Shown: positions 21,246-33,600 of the stretch, in pieces | Numbering within the stretch: the stretch's first letter is position 1 | Layout of the letters: each line of letters opens with the position of its first letter | Notes under the pieces: generated by a model | What the model was told of the DNA's origin: nothing | Seen by the model: the letters and a program-made list of their open reading frames with translations, nothing else | Database searches by the model: none | Position numbers and translations under genes: made by a program | Origin: Bugula neritina | Lineage: Eukaryota > Animalia > Bryozoa | Length of the DNA: 64,000 bases | NCBI GenBank assembly: GCA_964035545.1 | Contig: OZ037765.1 | Coordinates: 24,303,504 to 24,367,503 of the forward strand | Direction: 5' to 3'

Positions 21246-23307
21246 TCACTCTGCATATATTCCATAAACTGTGCCAACTGCGCAAAGATGTTTATTTCTA
21301 TATTCAAAGCTAGAGAAAGTGTCCAAACCAGCATCCCAGAGGCACCTGCTACCCACAGTCATGCCTTGGTCGTTTGCTGAGCCAATAGTGATTAGTGTGA
21401 TCACTTTGTAGCGAGGTACCTGGAGCTCTTTCACTCGTGCCTTCACAACCTGAGCCAATAAATAGAAACGAAATTAGAGTCTATAGCTTTAGTGCAAGCA
21501 TATTGCAGCTTTTTCTTACCTACACTAGTTTTTACATTGCTATATTGTATTATAAGTTATGTTGCGACAATGTGCTTACAACATCTAATATTCATATAGT
21601 TTGTTACAACTTTCTTCAAAACGAAACTTATAAGTACGGCGTGAAAGCTGTTGTACAAATATACATCCAAATATATCAAAAATAAGCAAAAAATCTAATC
21701 AATCAGCAATTTCTAATTTTAGTAGAAGTATCTACTGTGGGAGATTATTTGTTTATAAAATATAGCTTTGCAAAAAACGCAAAATTAAGTAAAGTACCAT
21801 GTTAAGTAGGAAAAACTTAAACTAAGTTGGAATTATATAAATTTAAGTAACATCATATATCAAAAGCTGATCCCATAAGTTGAAGAAAGAAAGGAATGTG
21901 TTGTATTTAACTCAACTATTTTCAACTCTTATAACCAATTATAATAATATATGTAACATATATTTACGTAACTAGGTTATGTTTAATTAATTCTCAAAAC
22001 TAAAAGCCTGGCACCAGAATTGAGATATCTGAGAATTCAACAAAGCAGAGAAGAATTTTTTATTTTTAATAGAAAGCCTCATTTCAAGACAAATAATATT
22101 TATTGTTGGCAAGTGTAATGTTTGCTTGTGTTGGAATAACTAATTTTCAATAGATTATCTTTGAGAAGTGCCCTAAGCTTTTTCAAATAAATATATAGAA
22201 TGAACAGAAATGCTGAAAAATAGAATGAGTTTAATTGTTTTAGAAATCTGATGCTCTGAAAAAAGTAGAAAGTGGTGCCTATTTGGAAAACTTACCCCTT
22301 GGTACTTTACACAAGATTTATAAAGAAGTTTAAACAATTTTGTTACACTAAATTAATTTATACTTTTTAAGCTAATATAATATTTTAATAAAAACTGATA
22401 TAAAAATAGTAAAAATGAATATTTAGTAACCTCAGAAAGTGTTTTGGTCATTTGCCGACAAATCTCTGGCTCGTACTTCTGGTCAACCAAGTAGCTCTCC
22501 AATACATCACGGATAATGTTTTTAACAGCTGAATCTGGAAATTTCTTTGTTGCAGTAAGCTGGTATGTGTTTTCAAACTTGACATTTGATTTCATATCTT
22601 CTGGTATTCTGTTTTCATCTTGATTAGAGACACTGCTGTAAGATCTTGAAAAACATATGAAATATCATTTTGAGTTATGTAACTCATGGGAGAAAGCTAC
22701 AGTTTTTGGATGAATTTATTAAATATGCTACATTATATGTTAAAAGAATGTGCTGTCATAATTTAATTTAAAAATTTTTTTTAAAGTATAGAGAGAAGCC
22801 ATGTAGCTTGAATTATATTCATTTAACACCGAGTTATTACTGAGATGATGTACACAGTTTTTTGTGTTAATATATACTTATAATCAACGAGTATGTTGAA
22901 TTTAATTAAACTTTAGTTACATTGTATCTCTTTACTAACAGTTGCATATCTTTTATTTGAGAGCAGCCGTGATCTAGGGGTTAGAGCGTTTGCCTAGTAA
23001 ACACGAAGTCATGGGTTCGAGCCATTGGTGATGTTAGGAAGAGCATCCAGTCATAATTGCTCCTGTGCCTCATCTTAATAAGTCCTTAGACCAATTTAAC
23101 AAAAAACCCTCCCATCAGATGTTTCTCACAGGGATGGTGACTATAAACTTGCACGAGGTGCATATTATCTTTTACTTACACTTGATATTTACTACCAGCT
23201 TGATGTGAATGTGGTTTATGATGAATATCACTGTTTATAGTAGATTGACTTCCTCTCTTTTTTAAAAGTCTTGCAGCTTTTTCTTTTGCCAACTCTCTAT
23301 CTGCCAT
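21246..23307 (-). CDS. TCTEX1D1: Tctex1-domain dynein light chain (TCTEX1D1/DYNLT5-like)
   Basis: Exons 23180-23307 (MADRELAKEKAARLLKKRGS), ~22431-22635/22644 (FENTYQL...YEPEICRQMTKTLSE), 21246-21449 (VVKARVKELQVPRYK...SRCLWD...YGIYAE*). Confidence 0.9.
22961..23165 (+). mobile_element. tRNA-Thr(AGT)-derived SINE, best-preserved copy
   Basis: Head GCAGCCGTGATCTAGGGGTTAGAGCGTTTGCCTAGTAAACACGAAGTCATGGGTTCGAGCC has an A box, a CTAGTAA anticodon loop and a B box. The non-tRNA body is shared with three other copies. Possible target-site duplication TATCTTTTA on both sides. Confidence 0.8.
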
Positions 23308-24339
23308 CTTACTGCAATATGAACTAAATAATTATAAACAAATTTTTATATACAATTTAAATACAAACTTGCAATTTTCACATGCATATTGCATGCTATT
23401 AAGTAATACAAATCTAATACAGTACTGCCAATTTTTCAAAGTATATTATATTTAAGATGTAAAAGATAATTCAAACTAACTGTAGCCTAATACAACTACA
23501 ATAGCCTAAGATTAGATATTATGTTAATTACATTATTTGACAACAACTAAATAATGTTTTGATATAATTTATATATAGCTAGAGACTAATTGTTTAATTT
23601 ACCTGACTTAAAAAGTAATTAGCTGTAAATAAGGCTGAGGTATTTTATACTAAGAACTTTTTTACCCTTACAATCAAAGTTCAAACTTTTTATTGAAGCA
23701 GACTATGCAGATTAAGGTCTCAGCAGCAGAGATGTAAAAGCCTCAACACAGCAGCTCTAATCAAATTAAATATTTCTACTAAAAATATTTTATGAGAGTC
23801 AAAAGTGTATAAAAGTTTGTTCCCAAGTTATTTTTTGCTTTTTCAAATATAATAATGTTCTTAGATTATTTTAAAATTGCATGCTTATCAGCTTTGTTTA
23901 AAGGTTTCACTTGAATTCTTTTTTGCGTGGCTATTTTGGTAGCAATATTCATTTTGTTTTCTTTGTTGTCATAATGATAATCACTTGAGAACTATATAAA
24001 AATACAGGTAGAACCGTAGATATAAAATCTTTCTCATTCAATATTCTTTACAATTTTTATAAGTTGTTCTAAGCTAAAAAGAAAAATAGAATGAATCCTT
24101 CTCACTGCTGGAATTAAATTAAACTTTAAGTTTATAGTTTGGCTTAAATATAAAATATAAAGTTAAAGCTACATCAAACCGTCATGATCTTCATCACAAG
24201 ATTATAACTTAAAATAGATAAACTCTTACTTAGATAGAACTTAAACGAAGTATTCAGAGTAAAAATTTCTTTAGTTTCAATATTTATTTGACTAGAGTCA
24301 AAATGAAAATAAGATAAGTAGAAGTAAATAAAACGTCTT

Positions 24340-24500
24340 CATCTAGAGCGTTATGTTGCTAAGCTATTTTTGAAACAGGCCAATGAGAGCCGCATGTGTA
24401 CTTCTTGGACCCTCTGATGTTAATATGCAGAATGTACGACCGGAATTAGATAAAGATATCTGCGGCAATATTTTTGACCTTCAACATTGACCCTAGAAGA
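24340..24500. promoter_or_regulatory. Probable bidirectional promoter TCTEX1D1(-)/RIC1(+)
   Basis: Head-to-head genes, local CpG enrichment, CCAAT box (GGCCAATGAG ~24378), ETS core CCGGAA (~24440) and RFX-like half-site GTTGCTAAG (~24355). TSS not directly observable. Confidence 0.5.
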
Positions 24501-24675
24501 TGTGGAGCTTTGGTGAAGACTAGCACTCGGACTGAGCAATCACTAGAACTGAAAGTAAAAGTAAAAATAAAAGGACAATTATCTGAATCTCATATTCATC
24601 TAGCGTTAACGGAAATAAGTTATTCACTCTATGACTCTGTAAAAAACAATAAAACAATAAATAAAATGTTGAAAT

Positions 24676-27600
24676 ATGTACTTTCCAATAAGTGTACCGC
24701 TGGAGTATAGGTTCCCAAAAGCTTCAAAAGAACAAGAAGAGCCAATTTGCATTTCCAGCAACCGGGATAGATCGTTAATATTACTTTTGACTAAAAATGC
24801 TCTTCACATTTGGTTCTGTAAGGTAAGCTTCACTTCAGGCTCTTAATGTTTTTAAAATTTAAAATAAACGACTAACCCTAAGCTTGGTGTTTGATAAATT
24901 AATGATAAAACATAAACATAGTGATGGTCATGACTCAAACTCGAAGTCAAACTCAGTCTCATGCAATGATCATTCATGATTGATTAGCTATCTAGCTATT
25001 GCAGCTACAACATAAAATTAAATGTTTACTTTTGGTATTTACTCACTTGATTTACTTTTACATTTAACTTTAACCCTTACAGTTACCCTGGGGCCTAGGA
25101 CATAGGCCCATCATTATTATGATTATCAATAATGCAGCTACAACATAAAATTAAATATTTACTTTTAGTATTTACTCACTTGATTTACTTTTACATTTAA
25201 TTTTAACCCTTACACTTTACAGTTACCCTGGGGCCTAGGACATAGGCCCATCATTATTATGATTATCAATAATGATTATCATTATCACAATGACAATTCT
25301 TCAAGTAAAAGCTTAATTGTCATTGATATTGTTCTAAGAGTAAGTAGTAAGTATAATGTCAAAGGTATCTGATAATCACAGTAGACATAATTGTACTTGT
25401 AGTATATAAATGATACTAATAGTAATAGTTATAGAGCAATACTAAGTATAATACTCATGTAAAATAATTGCCCCACCGATATTTGAACCACAGACCTTTG
25501 GCTTGCAAGCAGGCGCTAACCAATTTACGCCACAGGGGCTGCTGGGTTAACTCAACGCTACAACTCATAATCATACGAATAGCAATAATCATAATTATAT
25601 TAATTGCATTCAATTATGATAATGGAATGCATTAAATATATTTCTGAGATTTAATATGTTGTATTTACTATTTGAGCATAAACAAATTACTGTTGGTTGA
25701 ATTTGATATCCTAAAGTTAATACAAGTAGTAGTAATAGTAGTAGTAGTAAATGAAATAAAACAAAAATGCTGTTTTTCTAGCTTGAGTATTGATTTAACA
25801 TTTGTATTCATATTGGTATTGCTTCTACTCATTTAGTTGAGAGGTTTTAAATAACGCGTTTTAGACTCAAGCCTAACTTGGTCAATATACTGAATTATTA
25901 GTAATTTTAATGTAAAAAAGGAATACCTGTTTTTACACAACCTATGTTTTGAATAAAAATCTAGTTATAGTTATAGTAGCATACTTCTACCAAATATCAA
26001 AATATCAAGATTGAATTGTTTAAGCAGTTGAGTGGGGGGGGGGAGGGTCTAAAACTTTAAAGAAAGCTTTCATCAAGCTAAAATGGCTTCAAACTTTTTA
26101 TAATAAAGTCTAAACTTCATATTAATTATCTTTAGCTAAGATTATTTTACTAACAGTTATTCTAGGCCAATAAGCTAACTTTCTATATGTAAATTCTCAT
26201 AAATTTAACTCTCATATAGTCAGTCCTATACTGAAAATAATAAAGTTGGACTACTACAAAAACTTTGATATTGGAATAAGTAGCTAAATTTTATCTTAGT
26301 TTAATTATGTAACTATACTTGCATTAAGCTCATTCAGTTTTTTTATCTGAGTGCTCTCCTTAAATGTTAGCAGAGTTGTGACATTATTTTGAATCACTCT
26401 TATTGTTTCGATATAATTTTGATATCCTCTGATTAAGTTCAATAATTTTGCCCTTTTTTTGTTCATTGATGTTCTACACAAGTGCCTTACAGTTGAGTTG
26501 TAGCACTGATGATGCCTTACTGTGTATTATTCACAAGTCTTGTATATGTTAAGGAGTCTGAGTGCAATAAAATAACAGACTTTAGAAATGCTGTCGAGTA
26601 TGTATACTCAATACTGGGAGAGTTTTACTTTAGGAGATTTGATTTATAGTTTTATTCTTTCAATTCACTAAAAAGAGTAATACTAAGCAAGGTATACAAC
26701 CTTGAATCCATAAAAGCATTAGCTTACACTGTATATTGATTACAAACATATTTGTATTTTAGCCATGTGTTCAAATAACTTCATTTCAAAGATCTCTCCA
26801 GTCAATTCAAGAGAGGGGAGAAAATGTGCAGGGCTTTTGGAAATCAGATGCTACTACTATAGCCATAACTGTAAGCATTTTTTCTTGTTTCAACTTGGTG
26901 TGCAAGCTAATTTGTATGCTTTGTTAACATTTTAGTTTTTATGTATGCAAATAACTAGCATTTTATGGGTATATAATTTAATTAATTTTTGGAGCTCCAG
27001 TAGTGTATATATACATATACCTAGTATCTTGCAAAATAATTTGCTTTGCACAAAATGTCATCTATTTATATTTTCAGACTGATAAAGGCTGTTTAATATT
27101 CTTCAAATTGGAAATTGACAATGTGAGAAATGAAGAGTCACTTTACCTTAAGAAAGGTTACTCCAGGTTAGTATTGATTCACCACTTGTGAACTTAATAA
27201 TCAGAATAATTTTGTACCCCAAGCAATTTTTAATTATTGATTGCCTATTGATGTTTTCTTTATTGGTGCAAGCTTGTATTATAACTGACCATAGTAATCC
27301 GTAGACAACGTCACCTGTGTGTAGCACGTTATGTTCTTTGCAGGAAACAGCAGAAAGCGTATGATGCATTGTTTCTTGGAGAAGGGATCCCCGCTTTAAC
27401 ATTGAAAGAGTTGCTCTCTTTTAATCTCAATGAGAACATATCCAGGTGAGCTCTCTGCCTTGATTTCAGATATGTAGCACTATTTAATAGTTCAATACAT
27501 GCTAGAGTTTGTTTTATCAAACAGTTATCTGGTTTAATTATGCTTTTCTGTTTGTTTTTCACAAGAGGCAGCTGATTAAATGGCTATTATATGTTGCAGT

Positions 27601-30600
27601 GTGGCTCTACTGAGAGATGAACTGGTTGTGGCTACCTACCAGGGAAATCTTACCAGAGTGAGGTGGAACAGCACTGTTAGTGGGACATGCAGTATTTCTG
27701 TTAATGAAATACAGTTTAGTTATGATTTGCAAAATTCTTCAGGTTTGTACAGACCTGTAATCATATTATTTAGAGCTGCTTGTGTACGTCAGGGTGTGAA
27801 CACTGCACAGATATATTCAATACTTTAGCATATAGCTATAATATATGTATATACTAGTATAGTATACAATAGTTATTGTTCATGTGTTGCTCATGTTCAT
27901 TGTGTATAAATAATTTGTTTTAGCGACTTTTTGCTTTAAAGCAACTAAAATGTGTAAACTAAAAATATTCTAAATAGAATAGTAAACTAAGTATGCTATA
28001 GTATACTAAGTAGGGGTTAGGTTCAGTGTCCAAAGCATTAGGGAACTCTTACTAATTATTGCTAGTTTTTATTGCTTGCTATTCTTTGCTGCTGCAGCAC
28101 TCAGATTAATTAAGCTAAGTGAAAAAACACTGGCACAGTGAGAAAACAAATGAGACTACTCTTCTATACTATAGACATAAAAGTCAAAGTTAGCAATAGT
28201 TATTATCAGTTCTATAATGCCTAGTGGCAACATTATCAGAAATTTCGCCATTATTCGGAATAACTCAAGACAAGTATGCACAAAATCATATTTATTGTCC
28301 ATCTTTAATAAGGACCTCCCAGTGTTATAAACTCTGTATAGGCATTATCATGACATTTGTATAATAATACAGGGCGGCAACTGAAACCAAGTACAGAGTA
28401 CGTCACTGATTTGGAGTTTAGTCCTCTTCTGGGAGGATTTGTTGCCGTGCTCTCTGATGGCAGAGGGTTTTTTCTGTCAGCTCCTAACGCCAGATTCGAC
28501 CAGCAGGTAAGCATTCTCATGCTATCTCTACTGCTCTGTTTATTATAGTGAATTGCACTCTGCTCATTCCTGCTGAATAATTTATCTGAGCACCTGTTGG
28601 TTACCATCTTATGTTTAACTACTGCATAGGTTTTGTTTATATTTAAACCCCGATGTTCTCTATTAACCTATACACACTCCATCTACATATTCTTTCTATT
28701 GTATGAAAATATAGAACTTTCACTTTGCATTGGAAGATTATATAACAATGATTTACAATTATATAGCAAATTAGCTTGTATTAATATTTTGTATGCAATT
28801 ATAATGTATATACAAGTATAAAGTATATACAAGTATAAAGTATATACCAGTATAAAGTATATACAAGTATGAAGTATATACAAGTATAAAGTATATGCAA
28901 GTATAAAGTATATACAAGTATGAAGTATATACAAGTATGAAGTATATACAAGTATAAAGTATATACAAGTATAAAGTATATACAAGTATGAAGTATATAC
29001 AAGTATAAAGTATATACAAGTATAAAGTATATACAAGTATGAAGTATATACAAGTATAAAGTATATACGAGTATAAAGTATATACGAGTATAAAGTATAT
29101 ACGAGTATAAAGTATATACGAGTATAAAGTATATACAAGTATGAAGTATATACAAGTATGAAGTATATACAAGTATGAAGTGTATACTATCTGACCTTTT
29201 AAATTCTGCTACAGAATCTGCATGGTGTGTGGGCTCCAGATCTCACAGATGCTACGTGTGTACACGCCAACCACAAGTACAGACTGATTGTCTTTGGGTG
29301 CCAAAGGTGAGAGCTGGTACAGAATAATAGTATCCGGTATTCAAATAGATACTCATGAAATTAACTCTATTAGCCGCCAGCACTGGAATATCAACAGACA
29401 ATGTTATAGCAGATAGCTTCTCAGTTAATCTTTTTATCTCTGTATTTAAACTTTGATTTAATTTGAAAGTAAATGAACTAAACATGTACATAATCATATG
29501 TCTCAAATATTAATTATTTGCTGGCATGTTTTATTCTAGTGGTAAAGGTAAAGTCTACCACATAGATCCAGCTACTGGTTCTCTTCTTAGATCTCACTAT
29601 TTGACTGTATCTACCAGGCAATATCCAGGTATGTTTGAAAAATAGTCAAGTACAAATTCATTTTATATTTGATGCATGGCAATAAACTATACCATCTCAT
29701 ATAGGAATGATATTGATAGACTCATACTTCGTTCAGCAGGTCATCTGTGTAGCATGTTTATTTTAATGTGCAATCTCTAGCTAAGCGGCTGTCTTTGACT
29801 CTAACAGTTGTATTCTAAACTTGACTAGTGATGAATTGAGGCTGCTTTCTTAATTTGCTTAATATTACTTAGTCTAAGTATTGTAATGAAACACACACAT
29901 GTCTCCCTCAGATGCAGGTACAGTTGGTGGGGCTATTACTAAGTTAGCATGGACTCCTGACGAATGTGCAATTATTGCTGCATGGAAGAAGGGCGGTATA
30001 GCAGTATGGAGTGTGTTTGGAGCTTTGTTATACTGTTCTCTCAAGACTAACTATGGGTAAGGTTTTTGTTTTCATAAAATCTTCATTAGTTTTTCGTAGG
30101 TCAAAATATGCATAGCGAAAATCGGACATGGAAAAAATTTTTTCTTACCCAAAGCCGAAAGTTTTGAAATATGCAGATGGTTGAATTGTAATATGACTGA
30201 CTATAATACTCATATCTAAACTACTAATGGTACTTGAGATATGTGAGAAATTGAAACTATGAATTTATAATAATTATGAACTAAGTATCTGGTTACATAC
30301 TAAATGTTGTAATGAAGTTTAGTTATTGCACTAAGTAAATGCACTGCTATTGGCATTGCTTACAGTGCTAACAATTTTTAGTTTGCCCTAACATGACCAC
30401 ACTTCATTATTTTTAATCGAGTATATAGTACAGAGTATAATATAATAGTGCTACAATCTATACATCTGCCTTCTATGAGACATAAACAACCCACACTTCT
30501 GAATATAGAATATATTTATTCAGATAATCTGGAGTTGTCTGCAACTGCTACAATAAATCTGTTTATACTTGCTTTGCTAATTACTTTGTTTCTTGCAGGT

Positions 30601-33600
30601 TTCCTACTCCATCTACTCAGAATAATTTTATTGTCCAAGGAATGGTAAGCTCTTTATTTTTGTATCATCATGACATGTATTTCCAACTGCCTTTGCAATA
30701 CTTCCTATATATCACAAATAGCCGGCTGTATCTTTCATGACATCCAACATGGCTACCTGAGCAGTAGGCTACTACTACAAACTAAATATTTAAATTTCTA
30801 GTTGCAGCAGTAACTTCTCAGTACCAGTACACTTGCACTCATTTAATATCTGTTGATATCACTTGTTGCTTGATGCCTGATGCAGGAATGGGGTGCTGAA
30901 GGGTACCAGCTGTGGATGTCAGTTGAGTCACCCTCTGATGTCACCAGTACCCATCTACTTAATGGAGACTCTACTCATTCAGATGCTGATGTGGAAGGAG
31001 GATCCGAACCCGTCCCAACTTCACCCACAGAAAACCACGCAGACACTCTGTCTAGAAGGGGACAGTTTGACTTCATCCAGCTACACTTTGTCAAGTCACC
31101 TCTAACAGTAAATCCTTGCTATGTATGTTCTGTTCATGTAAATTAACTGCTCACACTTTATTAGGAAATTTTAAGTTGAAGATTTTGATATGACATTATA
31201 TAGCATTTGGTGTACAGTTTAACCATCTCTTGGGGTGAACAGTGGTATATAAAGCACCTGTTCGGTCTATATATTGTAGAGTAGCCACAAGCACCTGTTC
31301 TGTCTATATAATGTAGAGTAATCACAAGCACCTGTTCTGTGTATATATTGTAGAGTAATCACAAGCACATGTTCTGTCTATATATTGTAGAGTAACCACA
31401 AGCACCTGTTTCTGCAAGCAGAAGACAGGCTATATGTCAATCTGGGAAGTGAGAAAACTGATACAGAAGCAGACTCTAGCAATATATTGATAGCTAACAA
31501 GCAGTGGAGGGTTATCCCGATTCTTTACACCTACCTGGGCAGTAACTGGCCAATCAGAGTAATGTTTTCTATCATTTATTTTGTTGCATGTAAATAATAG
31601 AAATGTGGATGTCTATTACTCTGGTTTTCGAAGTAATGGAGAAATTACGAAAAGCCTGTGTTCTAGATTAAAAATGTAGCTAAAGAAGTTTTGTTAATTT
31701 CAACCGCTTCCAAAACCAAAATTTAATAATAAAATTAAAAAAACCTATGCTATCTCAATTTCTGTAACCTCATCAATATTTCTTACTCTGTGTTTCAGTA
31801 TTCTGCAATGGATGAGTCAGGGTTATCTATAGCCATAGCAGGCCGAACAGGCCTAGCTCACTACTCTCTAGTACGTCGGCGGTGGTTTCTGTTTGGAAAT
31901 GAGGCTCAGGAGAAGAGCATGGTAGTGTGCGGAGGCCTCATTTGGTGGAGGGAATTTATTGGCATCGGATGTTTCAATATTAATTCCAAAAAAGATGAAG
32001 TAAGAAGCCAATTTTTATTTGTTGTTGTGTTTATTGGATGTCTCTGATATTGCTAATACTGATCTGATTTATTCACACGTATATTGCATACAGGGTATTG
32101 CTGACACAGCAACCGTGTATTATCTAAGTTTTACATAAAATTGTGGGTTTGGTTTTTGTAGATACGATTTTATCCGAGTACATGTAAGTTGGACAATAGA
32201 TTCTGTACGACCACCAATGTGCCATACGCAGTGTTACTCATCAATACGTTCAGAGACTACCTCATCTGCTTGTGTGCTGACAAACATATCATGATCTTCT
32301 CCATACAGCTGCCGGATGTACAAACTGGTTGGTTAATTTCTTTAGCTTATGATGGAAATATATGTTTTGTGCTTTTGTGTACATATTGCTTTTTAATTCT
32401 GTACATCGTTTTTTATTTAAAGTTTGGGGCTTAATTTGTTTGTTGTGTTACTCTGTCAGCAAACAGTGAAAAAAAAATTTACTATGGAGTTACTAAAATG
32501 TACAAAATTACATGTACTGCTTTTATAAAAATCACTATACAGAATAAATTAGCCGCATGATGCATTTTTCAAACAAAGTTATATGTAATGCTTTTTGTAG
32601 TACCAACGGTAGAGCTGAGGAGAATACAGGATGTCAGTTTGAACGGATACCTGCCACACCCCATGTGTGTCACCTTCCTCACACTTTCCTACCTCAGCGC
32701 TGACAAGAGTAAGTTGACCGTAGGCAAAGAGTCGCATCTCTTACAAGTATTTAGCATCTACTTTGTGTCTAGCAAAACCAGCTTCTATTTATTTTACCAC
32801 CTTAATTTCCAGACCCTAGTAAAAAAGAGAATAGTGTGAGTGAGACTGAGATGCCAGAAAGTATTCTACTGAACGTGGCTGGAAACCTTCTCATGTTCCA
32901 AAGAGACTGGAGTGGACCTCAGCCTAAGCAATCGTCTAATCGGTTCAGAGCGGTATGCATGTCACTATTTCTGTAGACGAGTAGATAATTATACTAACAC
33001 ACCTGTGTGCACACTATGCACACTCACTTGCTGGTGTAGGAGCTTTTATTCTATAGAAAATGTAGGATGAGTTAATTTTCGTTGTTTATGTTTAACTCAT
33101 CTCTTTGATTTCTACGTTTGCTTAAAGGTTCCATTTTGTAACCCGATGAAGATTGCCTCATCAGTGGAAAATGTCTGGATGCCAGACATTGAAGCAGAAG
33201 ACAAAAAATTGTTGCGTAACTCTTTGTGGTTAAGCTGTGGGGCTGCCGGGATGAAAGTCTGGCTTGCCCTTTTCTCTCAGGTATTCAGCTATTTGAATTA
33301 TAAATTTATATATTTTGAGAGCCATGAATAAGAAACTTAAAGCAAAAGTTGCTTTTTCACCCTGATATATCTGAGGTAGTAATAGTAGTAATGTAACTGT
33401 GTTTACTGTTTAGGAATCTGTACAAAACAAAAGTTTCTTGGCCAAACGAATTATGCTGCCATTTGCTGTCGACCTTTACCCTTTGGCCATCTTAGCTGAA
33501 GATGCAGTGATATTAGGTGCCGGGAGTGATCATTCTGCTAGTGAGATGACAACTCCCGGCTCTCCCACTGCCAGCCTGTCTACTCTCTTTAACATGCTGG

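Noticed and set aside
22961-23035. Functional tRNA-Thr gene
   Set aside because: Acceptor and T stems do not pair fully and the sequence continues into a repeated SINE body.
28683-29172. YIL-rich minus-strand ORFs
   Set aside because: Products of the 17-bp minisatellite.
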